Shown here piece after piece: positions 13,485-26,468 of a DNA stretch of 64,000 nt (position 1 is its first letter; the number at the start of each line of letters is the position of its first letter). Source of the stretch: Eledone cirrhosa (Eukaryota); NCBI GenBank assembly GCA_964016885.1, contig OZ024741.1, positions 95,294,001-95,358,000 of the forward strand, given 5' to 3'. The translations under genes and the position numbers were made by a program. The notes under the pieces were generated by a model. The model did not search any database. It was not told the DNA's origin and worked only from the letters and a program-made list of their open reading frames with translations.

Positions 13485-14240
13485 TGTCCATCTTCCATGC
13501 TTGCATGGGTTTGGACGGGAATTTTCCCACTTGAGGCAAGATTGGTTGTCTTGCTCGTATAGGACTGTCTGGCGGGTTTTCTACGGCTGGATGCCCTTCC
13601 TAACACCAACCCCGTTTACAGTGTGGACTGGGAGGTTTTTACCGCGTTACCTACATGGCCACATTACAGCGTGGACTGTGTGTTTTTTTTTTGTTGTGAC
13701 ACCTACACGACCTAATTTATTTTGGACTGGATGTTGTGGTACCAACATAACTTTACATCGAAAGAGGTTGGTGTGGATGGAGTGCGGGTAGTGGGACGGG
13801 GGTGTATTTTTGTTAAGAGGTGCCTACTGACTGTAGGTTTCGCTTTGTACTTAGGCAAGGCGGGTTTTCCGTATTACTGTGTAGCGCCAAAGTTCTCGGT
13901 CCAGTGACATTGTCTTGGAGAGGTGTAAGTGTGTGAGGTCGGAATTTATCAAGTCCCAGGTTTTTCTGGGTCTGCCTACTCCACTGCTACCGTCTATTTT
14001 TTTTTTTTTTTTTATCGCCCTGCACTTTGTTATACAGCTGTCGTCTTTCATGCGCATCACGTGACCATACCAACGTAGTCTTCTCTCGAGTAAACAACAT
14101 CTGATCTCTCTTATTCCTAATTTCTCACTTAGTTCATTTTTGCTTTGCCGTTCACGTATATTACTATTACACATCCAACGGAGCATGCAAGCTTCGTTCC
14201 TCTCCAGTCTGCGTATATCCTCTGCACACATTGCATGCCC
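13485..14240 (-). mobile_element. RTE LINE 3' fragment (family B)
   Basis: ORF 13851-14231 [19 protein letters not shown]...GRPRKTW, followed by the 3' UTR. Confidence 0.9.
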
Positions 14241-14994
<754 letters not shown>

Positions 14995-15138
14995 CATCAT
15001 TCATCATTTCATCATCATTCATCATTTCATTTTACGTCCGCTTTTCCCTGCTTGCAAGGGTGGGACGGGAACTGATTCTGGCTTGATTTCTACAGCTGGA
15101 TGCCCTTCCTAACACCAACCTCATTTACAGTGAGTGCT
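14995..15138 (-). mobile_element. 5'-truncated CORE-SINE 3' fragment
   Basis: Matches the SINE 3' half; flanked by a 67-bp direct duplication. Confidence 0.85.
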
Positions 15139-15222
15139 GTATTATATGTATTATATGTATTATATGTATTATATATATATATACATATATGTATTATATA
15201 TTTTTATATATATATGTATTAT

Positions 15223-15904
15223 AGTAGAATAATCAAGTATCGAAAAATCGGCGCACGAGTTCATGATAAACAAAATTCGACATGAGTGGCAGAGGGCTCA
15301 ATAATTCAGATAAATCAGAGCTATAACTATCGTTAAAATACCAATACACATAGATTATGTCTAAAATCAACCATACGACTGAAAAATTACGATCAGGAAG
15401 ATTCGGGTCACTCAGATAAAATATCAATAAATCAATAAATCATATGAATGTAAAAAGCTTACCCGGACCCACTAGAAAGATGGTAAATCTAGCTTCTTGG
15501 GTTTCTGTAAATCCTTAAATCGCCCACTATCAGCCCACATAAAAATATATAAGACTTCTAGAGAGCGGCGGACAGGAAATACTTTATCAACGAGCTTTGT
15601 CCAAACGAATAAAAAAGCCAACCCTAGCTGAAAACGCACGTGGAATCCAGCAAGGGAGATAACCTCTATATCCGCGAAAAATATTCGGGAATGTGGAAAA
15701 TCACATATCGAATAAGAGTGCTCAATAGACATGTTAAAATAAACAGGAGCTATTCATCATTTAATAGAATCGACAAAAAATGAACAATAAAATTAACTGG
15801 TCAATAGCTAAGTCTAGAGCTAAATATAGTAGAATAATCGAGTATCGAAAAATCGGCGCACGAGTTCACGATAAACAAAATTCGACATGAGTGGCAGAGG
15901 GCTC
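15223..15904 (+). repeat. 605-bp unit plus a 77-bp terminal direct repeat, unclassified
   Basis: 15223-15299 is repeated at 15828-15904 (2 substitutions); flanked by (AT)n. Confidence 0.8.
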
Positions 15905-15954
15905 TGTATTATATATAGATATATGTATTATATATATATATATATATATATATA

Positions 15955-16138
15955 GGAACCAGTAAGACCCCGACGGCTGAGCTCAAGCTGTTTCGACGGC
16001 TATTTCAGAATTAGCTGTCGAAACGGCTTGAGCTCAGCCGTCGGGGTCTTACTGGTTCCAATTACCCACTCTACTACCCTAAGTATTGAGTACTTTGGTG
16101 CGTTATGGTCCACCTGGTTCCTTACCACATTTCCTTCG

Positions 16139-16140
<2 letters not shown>
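15955..16140 (+). mobile_element. Fold-back Penelope-like terminal-repeat remnant
   Basis: Near-perfect hairpin at 15955-16059 containing CGAAAC, then CACTCTACTACCCTAAGTATTGAGTAC. Confidence 0.6.
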
Positions 16141-16203
<63 letters not shown>

Positions 16204-16286
16204 TTATATATATTTATATATATATATATATATTATACGTATTATATATATTTATATTTATATATTATATGTATTATATATATTTA

Positions 16287-16325
<39 letters not shown>

Positions 16326-16467
16326 TTATATATATATTTATATATATATATATATATATATACTATATGTATTATATATATATATATATTATATGTATTA
16401 TATATATTATATATATATATGTATTATATATATGTATTATATATATTATATATATATATAATATATG

Positions 16468-16511
<44 letters not shown>

Positions 16512-16568
16512 TTATATATATATATATATTATATGTATTATATATATTATATATATATATAATATATG

Positions 16569-16612
<44 letters not shown>

Positions 16613-16758
16613 TTATATATATATATATATTATATGTATTATATATATATATATTATATATATATATATTATATGTATTATATATATATATATTATATGT
16701 ATTATATATATATTATATGTATTATATATATATTATATGTATTATATATATATATATG

Positions 16759-16790
<32 letters not shown>

Positions 16791-16793
<3 letters not shown>

Positions 16794-17304
16794 TTAGTTA
16801 AGCAAAACAAGACCACAAATTTCACAAGGAAGACATTATTAAAAGATTGTCAACATATTTTAGTTTGATGTAAGGAATGTAGAGAATAATAATATTAATA
16901 ATAATTGTTTCTACTTTTGGCACAAGGCCAGCAATTACCCAGTGCATTACTAATGTCCGTTTACAATTGTTTCGCTACTCCATATAATATTTTTGGATCA
17001 GAGTCCTATATATCATAATTGATCTGGTTCAGTTGAAAATAATTAACATATTTAAAAAACGGAATGGCTCATCGGAACTTCAAAGGAATATAAATTAAAA
17101 TAATGGGATAATGTTACATAATATAATGTTCCATATATTGCTTTTTACTATGGTGTCTTGGTTGCATCAGTTGTCAGCCATAATCAAGCAGTATTCATCT
17201 GTCGAGGCTGCATTGTGTGAGATCTGCCTATCCTCACCAATCTCTCCTCTCATATCTCCTCTACTATCTCCATCTCTCTCTTTAAGATTGGTTACTCTTG
17301 AACC

Positions 17305-17307
<3 letters not shown>
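16791..17307 (-). mobile_element. Hammerhead-bearing non-autonomous element (copy 1), with a SINE tail inserted at 16901-16951
   Basis: Reverse-complement homologue of 63302-63857 with the same two ends; hammerhead-like motif at 16959-17078. Confidence 0.75.
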
Positions 17308-17402
<95 letters not shown>

Positions 17403-17583
17403 TTATGTATATATATATATATATTATATGTATTATGTATATATATATATATATTATATGTATTATGTATATATATAGATATATATTATATGTATTATGT
17501 ATATATATATATATATTATATGTATTATGTGTATATATATATATATATATATTATATGTATTATGTATATATATAGATATATA

Positions 17584-17621
<38 letters not shown>

Positions 17622-17630
<9 letters not shown>

Positions 17631-18027
17631 TAAACAAATAATGAATAAACAATTCCTTATATTAAACAAAAAAAGTTCATTATTTAACGATCGTTTCTAG
17701 GGTATATATGTGTTATAATTGGTATGCATATTCAACAGATCTATGTACAAAATTATACAAAATTATACAAATTATCAAGATTAAATATACATACCTAACA
17801 CATATATACGCCGTCTTCAAAAATATTTCTGAAGACGGCGTATATATGTGTTAGGTATGTATATTTAATCTTGATAATTTGTATAATTTTGTATAATTTT
17901 GTACATAGATCTGTTGAATATGCATACCAATTATAACACATATATACCCTAGAAACGATCGTTAAATAATGAACTTTTTTTGTTTAATATAAGGAATTGT
18001 TTATTCATTATTTGTTTAATATTTTAT
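17622..18027. repeat. 406-bp spacer-less palindrome
   Basis: Arms are reverse complements about 17824.5; one A/C mismatch seen (17820/17829). Confidence 0.95.
17824..17968 (+). ncRNA. Type I hammerhead ribozyme with extended stem II
   Basis: tattt-CTGAAGA-long stem II (gtatatatgtgtta/taacacatatatac)-GAAA-cgatcgTT-aaata. Confidence 0.65.
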
Positions 18028-18215
18028 CTTGACTCTGTATACCGTTTATCTTTCACCGAAAGTGGATTTTCATTACATCTCTTCTTTCCATGATATCCGG
18101 AATACATTGAGTTCTTCATACGGATTGGACACTACCGTAAACTCTTGGCAGATTTATCTACATATATATATATATATATATATTATATGTATTATGTATA
18201 TATATAGATATATAT

Positions 18216-18275
<60 letters not shown>

Positions 18276-18329
18276 GCATTATGTATATATATATATATAT
18301 TATATGTATTATATATATATATATTATAT

Positions 18330-18373
<44 letters not shown>

Positions 18374-18385
18374 ATATATTATATG

Positions 18386-18425
<40 letters not shown>

Positions 18426-18570
18426 TATATATATATATGTATTATATATATATATATATATATATGTATTATATATATATTATATGTATTATATATATAT
18501 ATATATATGTATTATATATATATTATATGTATTATATATATATATATATGTATTATATATATATTATATG

Positions 18571-18612
<42 letters not shown>

Positions 18613-18629
18613 TATATATATATTATATG

Positions 18630-18671
<42 letters not shown>

Positions 18672-18910
18672 TATATATATATATATATTATATGTTAAGT
18701 TAAAGTGTACATCTACATATGTATACGGAAGTATTAGTATGCATATAAATACACACATGTATACATATGTACATGTACTCAGCTTTTCACTAGACACTTT
18801 ACAGTGAGTGTCAGCTAGTCTGTATGTAACCACACAGACGGACCGGGTTTTAGAGTCATACGGGTTTTCAAGGAAACACATTTCCTCTATTCTCTAGAGG
18901 GCCAGACAGG

Positions 18911-18955
18911 AATATTGGACTAGTTTCGATGTTATTACATCTCATCAGCAATATT
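18911..18955 (-). ncRNA. Minimal type I hammerhead ribozyme
   Basis: Reverse complement reads aatattg-CTGATGA-gatgt aata acatc-GAAA-ctaGTC-caatatt. Confidence 0.92.
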
Positions 18956-19379
18956 TACCCATCTTCCGGCTTCTCTGGAGAATTGTAAAAGCACATATCG
19001 TTATATGCTTTTTCTATGAAAATTAGTAGTGGGTAGACTAATTTGCATAGAACGTGAGTCATTGTACGCACCGGTTCAGCGGAAACGATAAAAACAAATA
19101 ACGAAACGAAATTAAATTTCGTTTCGCTTCTAACTCACTTTTGTATGACTGACGCTTAAACAATTAAGTTAAAGTGTACATCTACATATGTATACGGAAG
19201 TATTAGTATGCATATAAATACACACATGTATACATATGTACATGTACTCAGCTTTTCACTAGACACTTTACAGTGAGTGTCAGCTAGTCTGTATGTAACC
19301 ACACAGACGGACCGGGTTTTAGAGTCATACGGGTTTTCAAGGAAACACATTTCCTCTATTCTCTAGAGGGCCAGACAGG

Positions 19380-19424
19380 AATATTGGACTAGTTTCGATG
19401 TTATTACATCTCATCAGCAATATT
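19380..19424 (-). ncRNA. Minimal type I hammerhead ribozyme
   Basis: Identical to 18911-18955, 469 bp away. Confidence 0.92.
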
Positions 19425-19942
19425 TACCCATCTTCCGGCTTCTCTGGAGAATTGTAAAAGCACATATCGTTATATGCTTTTTCTATGAAAATTAGTAGTG
19501 GGTAGACTAATTTGCATAGAACGTGAGTCATTGTACGCACCGGTTCAGCGGAAACGATAAAAACAAATAACGAAACGAAATTAAATTTCGTTTCGCTTCT
19601 AACTCACTTTTGTATGACTGACGCTTAAACAATTAAGTTAAAGTGTACATCTACATATGTATACGGAAGTATTAGTATGCATATAAATACACACATGTAT
19701 ACATATGTACATGTACTCAGCTTTTCACTGGACACTTTACAGTGAGTGTCAGCTAGTCTGTGAGTTAGAAGCGAAACGAAATTTAATTTCGTTTCGTTAT
19801 TTGTTTTTATCGTTTCCGCTGAACCGGTGCGTACAATGACTCACGTTCTATGCAAATTAGTCTACCCACTACTAATTTTCATAGAAAAAGCATATAACGA
19901 TATGTGCTTTTACAATTCTCCAGAGAAGCCGGAAGATGGGTA

Positions 19943-19987
19943 AATATTGCTGATGAGATGTAATAACATCGAAACTAGTCCAATATT
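19943..19987 (+). ncRNA. Minimal type I hammerhead ribozyme (GUC cleavage predicted after 19980)
   Basis: 7-bp stem I, CUGAUGA, 5-bp stem II with G-C base, GAAA, palindromic CUAG stem III, GUC triplet. Confidence 0.93.
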
Positions 19988-20411
19988 CCTGTCTGGCCCT
20001 CTGGAGAATAGAGGAAATGTGTTTCCTTGAAAACCCGTATGACTCTAAAACCCGGTCCGTCTGTGTGGTTACATACAGACTAGCTGACACTCACTGTAAA
20101 GTGTCTAGTGAAAAGCTGAGTACATGTACATATGTATACATGTGTGTATTTATATGCATACTAATACTTCCGTATACATATGTAGATGTACACTTTAACT
20201 TAATTGTTTAGCGCGTCAGTCATACAAAAGTGAGTTAGAAGCGAAACAAAATTTAATTTCGTTTCGTTATTTGTTTTATCGTTTCCGCTGAACCGGTGCT
20301 TACAATGACTCACGTTCTATGCAAATTAGTCTACCCACTACTAATTTTCATAGAAAAAGCATATAACGATATGTGCTTTTACAATTCTCCAGAGAAGCCG
20401 GAAGATGGGTA

Positions 20412-20456
20412 AATATTGCTGATGAGATGTAATAACATCGAAACTAGTCCAATATT
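20412..20456 (+). ncRNA. Minimal type I hammerhead ribozyme (cleavage predicted after 20449)
   Basis: Identical to 19943-19987. Confidence 0.93.
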
Positions 20457-21065
20457 CCTGTCTGGCCCTCTGGAGAATAGAGGAAATGTGTTTCCTTGAA
20501 AACCCGTATGACTCTAAAACCCGGTCCGTCTGTGTGGTTACATACAGACTAGCTGACACTCACTGTAAAGTGTCTAGTGAAAAGCTGAGTACATGTACAT
20601 ATGTATACATGTGTGTATTTATATGCATACTAATACTTCCGTATACATATGTAGATGTACACTTTAACTTAATTGTTTAAGCGTCAGTCATACAAAAGTG
20701 AGTTAGAAGCGAAACGAAATTTAATTTCGTTTCGTTATTTGTTTTTATATTATATGTATTATATATATATATATATTAGATGTATTATACTTATATATAT
20801 ATTATATGTATTATATATATATATTATATTATATATATATTATATGTATTATATATGTATTATATTATATGTATTATATTATATATATATATATTATATG
20901 TATTATATATATATATTATATGTATTATATATATATATTATATGTATTATATATATATATTATATGTATTATATATTATATGTATTATATATATATATTA
21001 TATGTATTATATATATATATTATATGTATTATATATATATTATATTATATTTATAATATGGATTG

Positions 21066-21252
21066 CCGGTGGATTGGCAGTATCGGTAGAGGGTCGGGTG
21101 CCATGCTTTCCAGCATAGTTACGTCCCTTTACGATCTGAGTTGAAATCCCGCCGAGGTTGACTTTGCCTTTCATCCTTACGGGGTCGATAAAATAAAGTA
21201 CCAGTAATGCACTGGGTAATTGCTGGCCTTGTGCCTAAAGTAGAAACAATTA
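21066..21252 (+). mobile_element. tRNA-derived SINE with Meta-like central domain
   Basis: TGGCAGTATCGGTAGA A box, GAGTTGAAATCC B box, GACTTTGCCTTTCATCCTTACGGGGTCGATAAAATAAAGTACC, (ATT) tail. Confidence 0.82.
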
Positions 21253-21343
21253 TATTATATATATGTATTATAAATATATATTATATATATATTATATTAT
21301 ATATTTATATATTATATATATTATATATATATTATATTATATA

Positions 21344-22243
21344 CTAGCAGTAAAGCCCGGCGTTGCTCGGGGTCGCTCAGTAGCTGTGTTAAAGTTACAA
21401 TGTTAAGTTTCTTTTTTGGCTTAAAAACTGTAGTGTCTACGGTGCAGACTTGCATGTGGTGTTTTTGATTAATATTCCCTCAACCAACAATATGCCTTAT
21501 GAAGTTAAGAAAACATAACGATAACCCGAATGTTATAACAAAAGAGGATGTTGGGGATAAAAACTGCACTGGTTATTTATTAACAAAGATCGAAAATGTA
21601 AACATTGCAACGCAGAGAAAAACATTAGCGTAACCAAATTATCAGTTTTGTCTGTCTGCACGCCTATATCATCTCTCTGCACGACTGTCTGTCTGCACGC
21701 CTATATCACCTCTCTGCACGACTGTCTGTCTGCACGCCTATATCACCTCTCTGCACGACTGTCTGTCTGCACGCCTATATCACCTCTCTGCACGACTGTC
21801 TGTCTGCACGACTGTCTGTCTGCACGCCTAACGACGAAATATTTGCTTGTTTTACGTAGTCTTTAAATAGACTTGTTTTCAAGTAAAAATATTGTTTTAA
21901 AATGCTTTTAAATGGAAATGAAGCAAAACGGAAGCTTAGTGTTCGTGTATTGTGTTAATGTCATTTTAAACGCTGAGAAAGCCAGCGTAATTTTTTACGT
22001 AAGACGCTCAATGTAAACAGAACAAAGGGAAATAACTGATAACTTACGCTCAAAAATCGATACATTATATTCGATTTCGTCACATAGGGTGGGTCAATTT
22101 GAAATATTTTTTTTCCCGATGTCTTCGCTAGGGCTCAATGTACAAGTATAGCAATTTTGGTGCAATTCCGTGAGAGATTCTAAGAGGAGATGTGTGCCAA
22201 AAATCGATAGACAGACAGACAACCACAGTTTTATATATATAGA
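21344..22243 (-). mobile_element. Non-autonomous Helitron (copy 2)
   Basis: Reverse complement of 6992-7942 with the same TC/CTAG ends and a shorter 37-bp minisatellite (~21649-21828). Confidence 0.85.
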
Positions 22244-22554
22244 TTATATATATATTATATTATATATTATATATATATATATATATTATATTATATATAT
22301 ATTATATTATATATTATATATATATTATATTATATATTATATTATATATTATATATATATTATATTATATATATATTATATTATATATATATTATATTAT
22401 ATATATATTATATTATATATTATATATATATTATATTATATATTATATATATTATATATATTATATATGTATTATATTATTTATTATATTATATATTATA
22501 TGCATATTATATATATTATATTATATATATTATACATTTATATATTATATATTA

Positions 22555-23372
22555 AAGGAACAGGCATAAATACTATAAAATGTACACAATGTAGATCTTG
22601 GGTACACAAGTGATGTAGTGGGAAAGCAGGCAAACTAACAGGTAGAGAAAAATATGTATACATGCAGTAGATGTACAGGGAAATTTGACAGTAGAAGTCG
22701 CATTGATAGACACATTTTTCAGATGCAGGAGGGCGCTATAGAAGTGGTGGATAGCTTCCGGTACCTAGGAGATCAGATTAGCATGGGAGGAGGGTGTTCC
22801 GAGGCCATAGTATCTAGAATAAGGACGGTTTGGAAGAAGTTGAGGGAGTTGCTTCGTCTGCTGACGAAGAAGGGTTTCTCCCTGTGTACGAAAGGCCGGT
22901 TATATGATACCTGTGTGAGGTGCGCGATGCTGCATGGTAGTGAGTCATGGGCAGCAACTGCAGAGGATATGCGATGGCTGGAGAGAAATGAGGCAAGCAT
23001 GCTCCGTTGGATGTACAACGCCAATGTACGTGAACGACCGAGCATGGATGTGTTGAGAGAGAAACTGTGTATAAGAGGGATAAGTTGTAGTGTGCGGGAG
23101 AGAAGACTGCGATGGTATGGACATGTGATGCACATGGAGGATGACCGCTAGGTAAAGAAGTGTTAAGAAATGCCGGTTGAAGGAAAACGCAGTAGAGGTA
23201 GACCACAAAAAACATGGGCAGAGGTGGTGAGAGCAGACCTCAGATCGCTGAAGCTCACGGTGGAGATGACAAAGGACCGTGACAAGTGGAGAAATGCTGT
23301 GCTCAATCGGACCCGTCCCACCCTTGCAAGCAGGGAAAAGCGGACATAAAATGATAATGATGATGATGATGA
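22555..23372 (+). mobile_element. RTE LINE 3' fragment (family A)
   Basis: CTQC..WVHK*C...[26 protein letters not shown]; short tail CCCACCCTTGCAAGCAGGGAAAAG and (ATG)n. Confidence 0.9.
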
Positions 23373-23414
23373 TATATTATATATATATATATTATATATA
23401 TTTATTATATATAT

Positions 23415-23700
23415 ACATCAGGTGCACTATAACTCGTCAAAGGTGCATGTATAGTACATAGAATAATATACAAATGTCAGGGAAGTGAATAGTATATGAG
23501 TCATGATATATGTGTGTATGTGTATGGAGGGGGAACATTAGGTATAGTGTTGGCGAATCTTGGGAGCAACTCTGTGCGTGAAAAAATGTTTCCGAAAGTC
23601 ATGGGAACTGTGCTGTGTTCTGACTTTGTGGGCATGCCCACGTGTGTTAGACACATGGAAATCATAAAGGTACTCAGGGTTGTTGTTGGCAAGATGGTCA
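23415..23700 (-). mobile_element. CR1-clade LINE 3' fragment
   Basis: Minus frame NTRGHAHKVRTQHSSHDFRKHFFTHRV matches the CR1 ORF2 C-terminal motif TRGH..K...R..FF..RV. Confidence 0.75.
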
Positions 23701-23709
23701 TATATGTAT

Positions 23710-23744
<35 letters not shown>

Positions 23745-23945
23745 TTATATATATATATTATATGTATTATATATATATATTATATGTATTATATATATAT
23801 ATATTTTGTTTCTGAATTTGTTTAGCAAGATTCTTTATCTGAAAACGTGTGTTGAAACCGATATTGTTATACTTTGGGAGGGTCATGTTGCCAGTAAGAA
23901 ACCAATAAGAAACTGGTGCGTGTGTTTCAACAATATATATATATA

Positions 23946-24208
23946 TGTGGTATGGACATGTGATGCGCATGGAGGATGACCGATGGATGAAGAAGTGCCC
24001 GGAAATGCCAGTTGAAGGAAGACGTGGTAGAGGTAGACCACGAAAAACATGGGCGGAGGTGGTGAGAACAGACCTCAGATCATTGAAGCTCACGGTGGAG
24101 ATGACGAAGGACCGTGACGAGTGGAGAGATGCTGTGCTGAATAAGACCCGTCCCACCCTTGCAAGCAGGGAAAAGTGGACGTAATATGATGATGATGATG
24201 ATGATGAT
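23946..24208 (+). mobile_element. RTE LINE 3' fragment (family A)
   Basis: [17 protein letters not shown]...GRGRPRKTWAEVV and (ATG)n. Confidence 0.9.
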
Positions 24209-24211
24209 ATT

Positions 24212-24242
<31 letters not shown>

Positions 24243-24277
24243 TATGTATATATATAGATATATGTATATATATATAT

Positions 24278-24397
<120 letters not shown>

Positions 24398-24398
24398 G

Positions 24399-24547
<149 letters not shown>

Positions 24548-24667
24548 GTATGTATATATATATGTATGTATATATATATGTATGTATATATATATGTATG
24601 TATATATATATGTATGTATATATATATAATATATATATATGTATATATATATAATATATATATATGT

Positions 24668-24762
<95 letters not shown>

Positions 24763-24763
<1 letters not shown>

Positions 24764-26083
24764 CATCATCATCAGGTTTAGCGTCCGTGTTCCACGCTTG
24801 CATGGGTTTGGACGGGGGTTTTCCCACTTGAGGCAAGAGTGGTTGTCTTGCTCGCATAGGACTGTCTGGCGGGTTTTCTACAGTTGGATGCCCTTCCTAA
24901 CACCAACCACATTTACACTGTGGGGCTGGGAGGTTTTTACCGTGTTGCCTACACGGCCACATTACAGCGTGGACTGTCTGGCGGGTTTTCTACAGCTGGA
25001 TGCCCTTCCTAACACCAACCACATTTACAGTGTGGGGCTGGGAGGTTTTTACCGTGTTGCCTACACGGCCACATTTACAGCGTGGACTGTGTGTTTTTTG
25101 TCGTGACACCTACACGATCTCATTTGTTTCGGCCTGGATGTTGTGGGACCAACATAACTTTACATTGAAAGGGGCGGTGTGGGTGGGGTGGAGGTGGTGG
25201 GACGGGTGTGTGTTTTGATAGAGGTGCCTACTGACTGTAGTAGGTTTTTACTTTGTATTTAGGTAAGGCGGGTCTTCTCTATTACTGAGTACCGCCAAAG
25301 GTCTCGGTCCAGTGACATTGTCTTGGAGAGGTGTAAGCGTGTGAGGTCGGAATTTATCAGCTCGTCCCATGTTTTTCTGGGTCTGCCTACTCCGTGGCTA
25401 CCGTCTATCTTTATTGCCCTGCACTTTGTTATACAGCTGTCGTCTTTCATGCGCATCACGTGACCGTACCAACGTAGCCTTCTCTCGAGTAAACAACATC
25501 TGATCCCTCTTATTTCTAATTTTTTCCTTAGTTCGTTTATGCTTTGCCGTTCACGTATATTACTATTGCACATCCAGCGGAGCATGCAAGCTTCGTTCCT
25601 CTCTAGTCTGCGTATATCCTCTGCACACAATGCCCAGGTCTCACTGCCATGCAGCATTGCTGTTCGTATGCAGGCATCATACAACCTGACTTTCATTTTT
25701 AGGGAGAACCCTCTAGCGGCTAATAGTGGTATAAGCTCTCTGAACTTTTTCCATCCAGTTCTGACTCTAGCTACTGTACTTTCAGAGCACCCTCCCCCAC
25801 TGCTGATTATGTCACCCAGATAACGGAAGCTGTCCACTATTTCTATAGAACCCTCTGCGCAGTTGAAGGAGCTAGTATTTTGTGGGCACTTGCTGCTACT
25901 TATTGCACCAGAGCACCGGCCACATGTAAAATCTATGTTCTTAGTTAGCTTACCTGTGATCCCACTACATCTTTTATGCACCCATACTTTGCATTTGGGA
26001 CATAAAATGGAGTATCTACCTACGCCTTTCCTACACACTGAGCATGGCCATTTCCCCGATGGGACCGCCGCCTTATTTTCTTT
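24763..26083 (-). mobile_element. RTE LINE 3' fragment (family B) with an uninterrupted ~275-codon frame
   Basis: ORF 25259-26083 with a C4HC3 finger, FRYLGD and RRLRWYGH; 3' UTR with a 112-bp tandem duplication. Confidence 0.92.
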
Positions 26084-26468
26084 ATATATATATATATATA
26101 TATGGAATAGAAGGAAACAAAATTTCATTTCTCGCTCTTAGTCCGGCACTTACTTAAATGTAAGTATGTATGTATGTATACGTACATACATATATGTATA
26201 CAGACGTACAGTAGTATGTATATATATACACACATGCACACATATATACATGCACGTATCGGTTTACCGAACATTTATTATAATGCTTAGTTTGTTTGTT
26301 TGTAAACAAACAAACAGTCCGAATTATACCATACAGTGTTTAGGCAACCACGTCACCTTTTTGTTCAACACTGACACTGACACTGACACTGACACTGTTT
26401 CCAACAGTAATGGTCGCGTTCATTAAGGGTATGTCAATATTTATTTATAAAACTGCTCTATATTATAT

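Larger units (their letters stand above)
18695..19761 (-). mobile_element. Retrozyme-like tandem array, left arm (2.3 x 469 bp)
   Basis: Units start at 18695, 19164 and 19633; hammerheads on the minus strand. Confidence 0.85.
19760..20748 (+). mobile_element. Retrozyme-like tandem array, right arm (2.1 x 469 bp), inverted relative to the left arm
   Basis: Reverse complement of the left-arm unit; repeats start at 19760, 20230 and 20698. Confidence 0.85.

Noticed and set aside
19872-20680. 64-aa and 72-aa ORFs in the 469-bp unit
   Set aside because: No recognisable motifs, and the 72-aa frame has a stop codon in the left-arm copies; the unit is better explained as structured RNA
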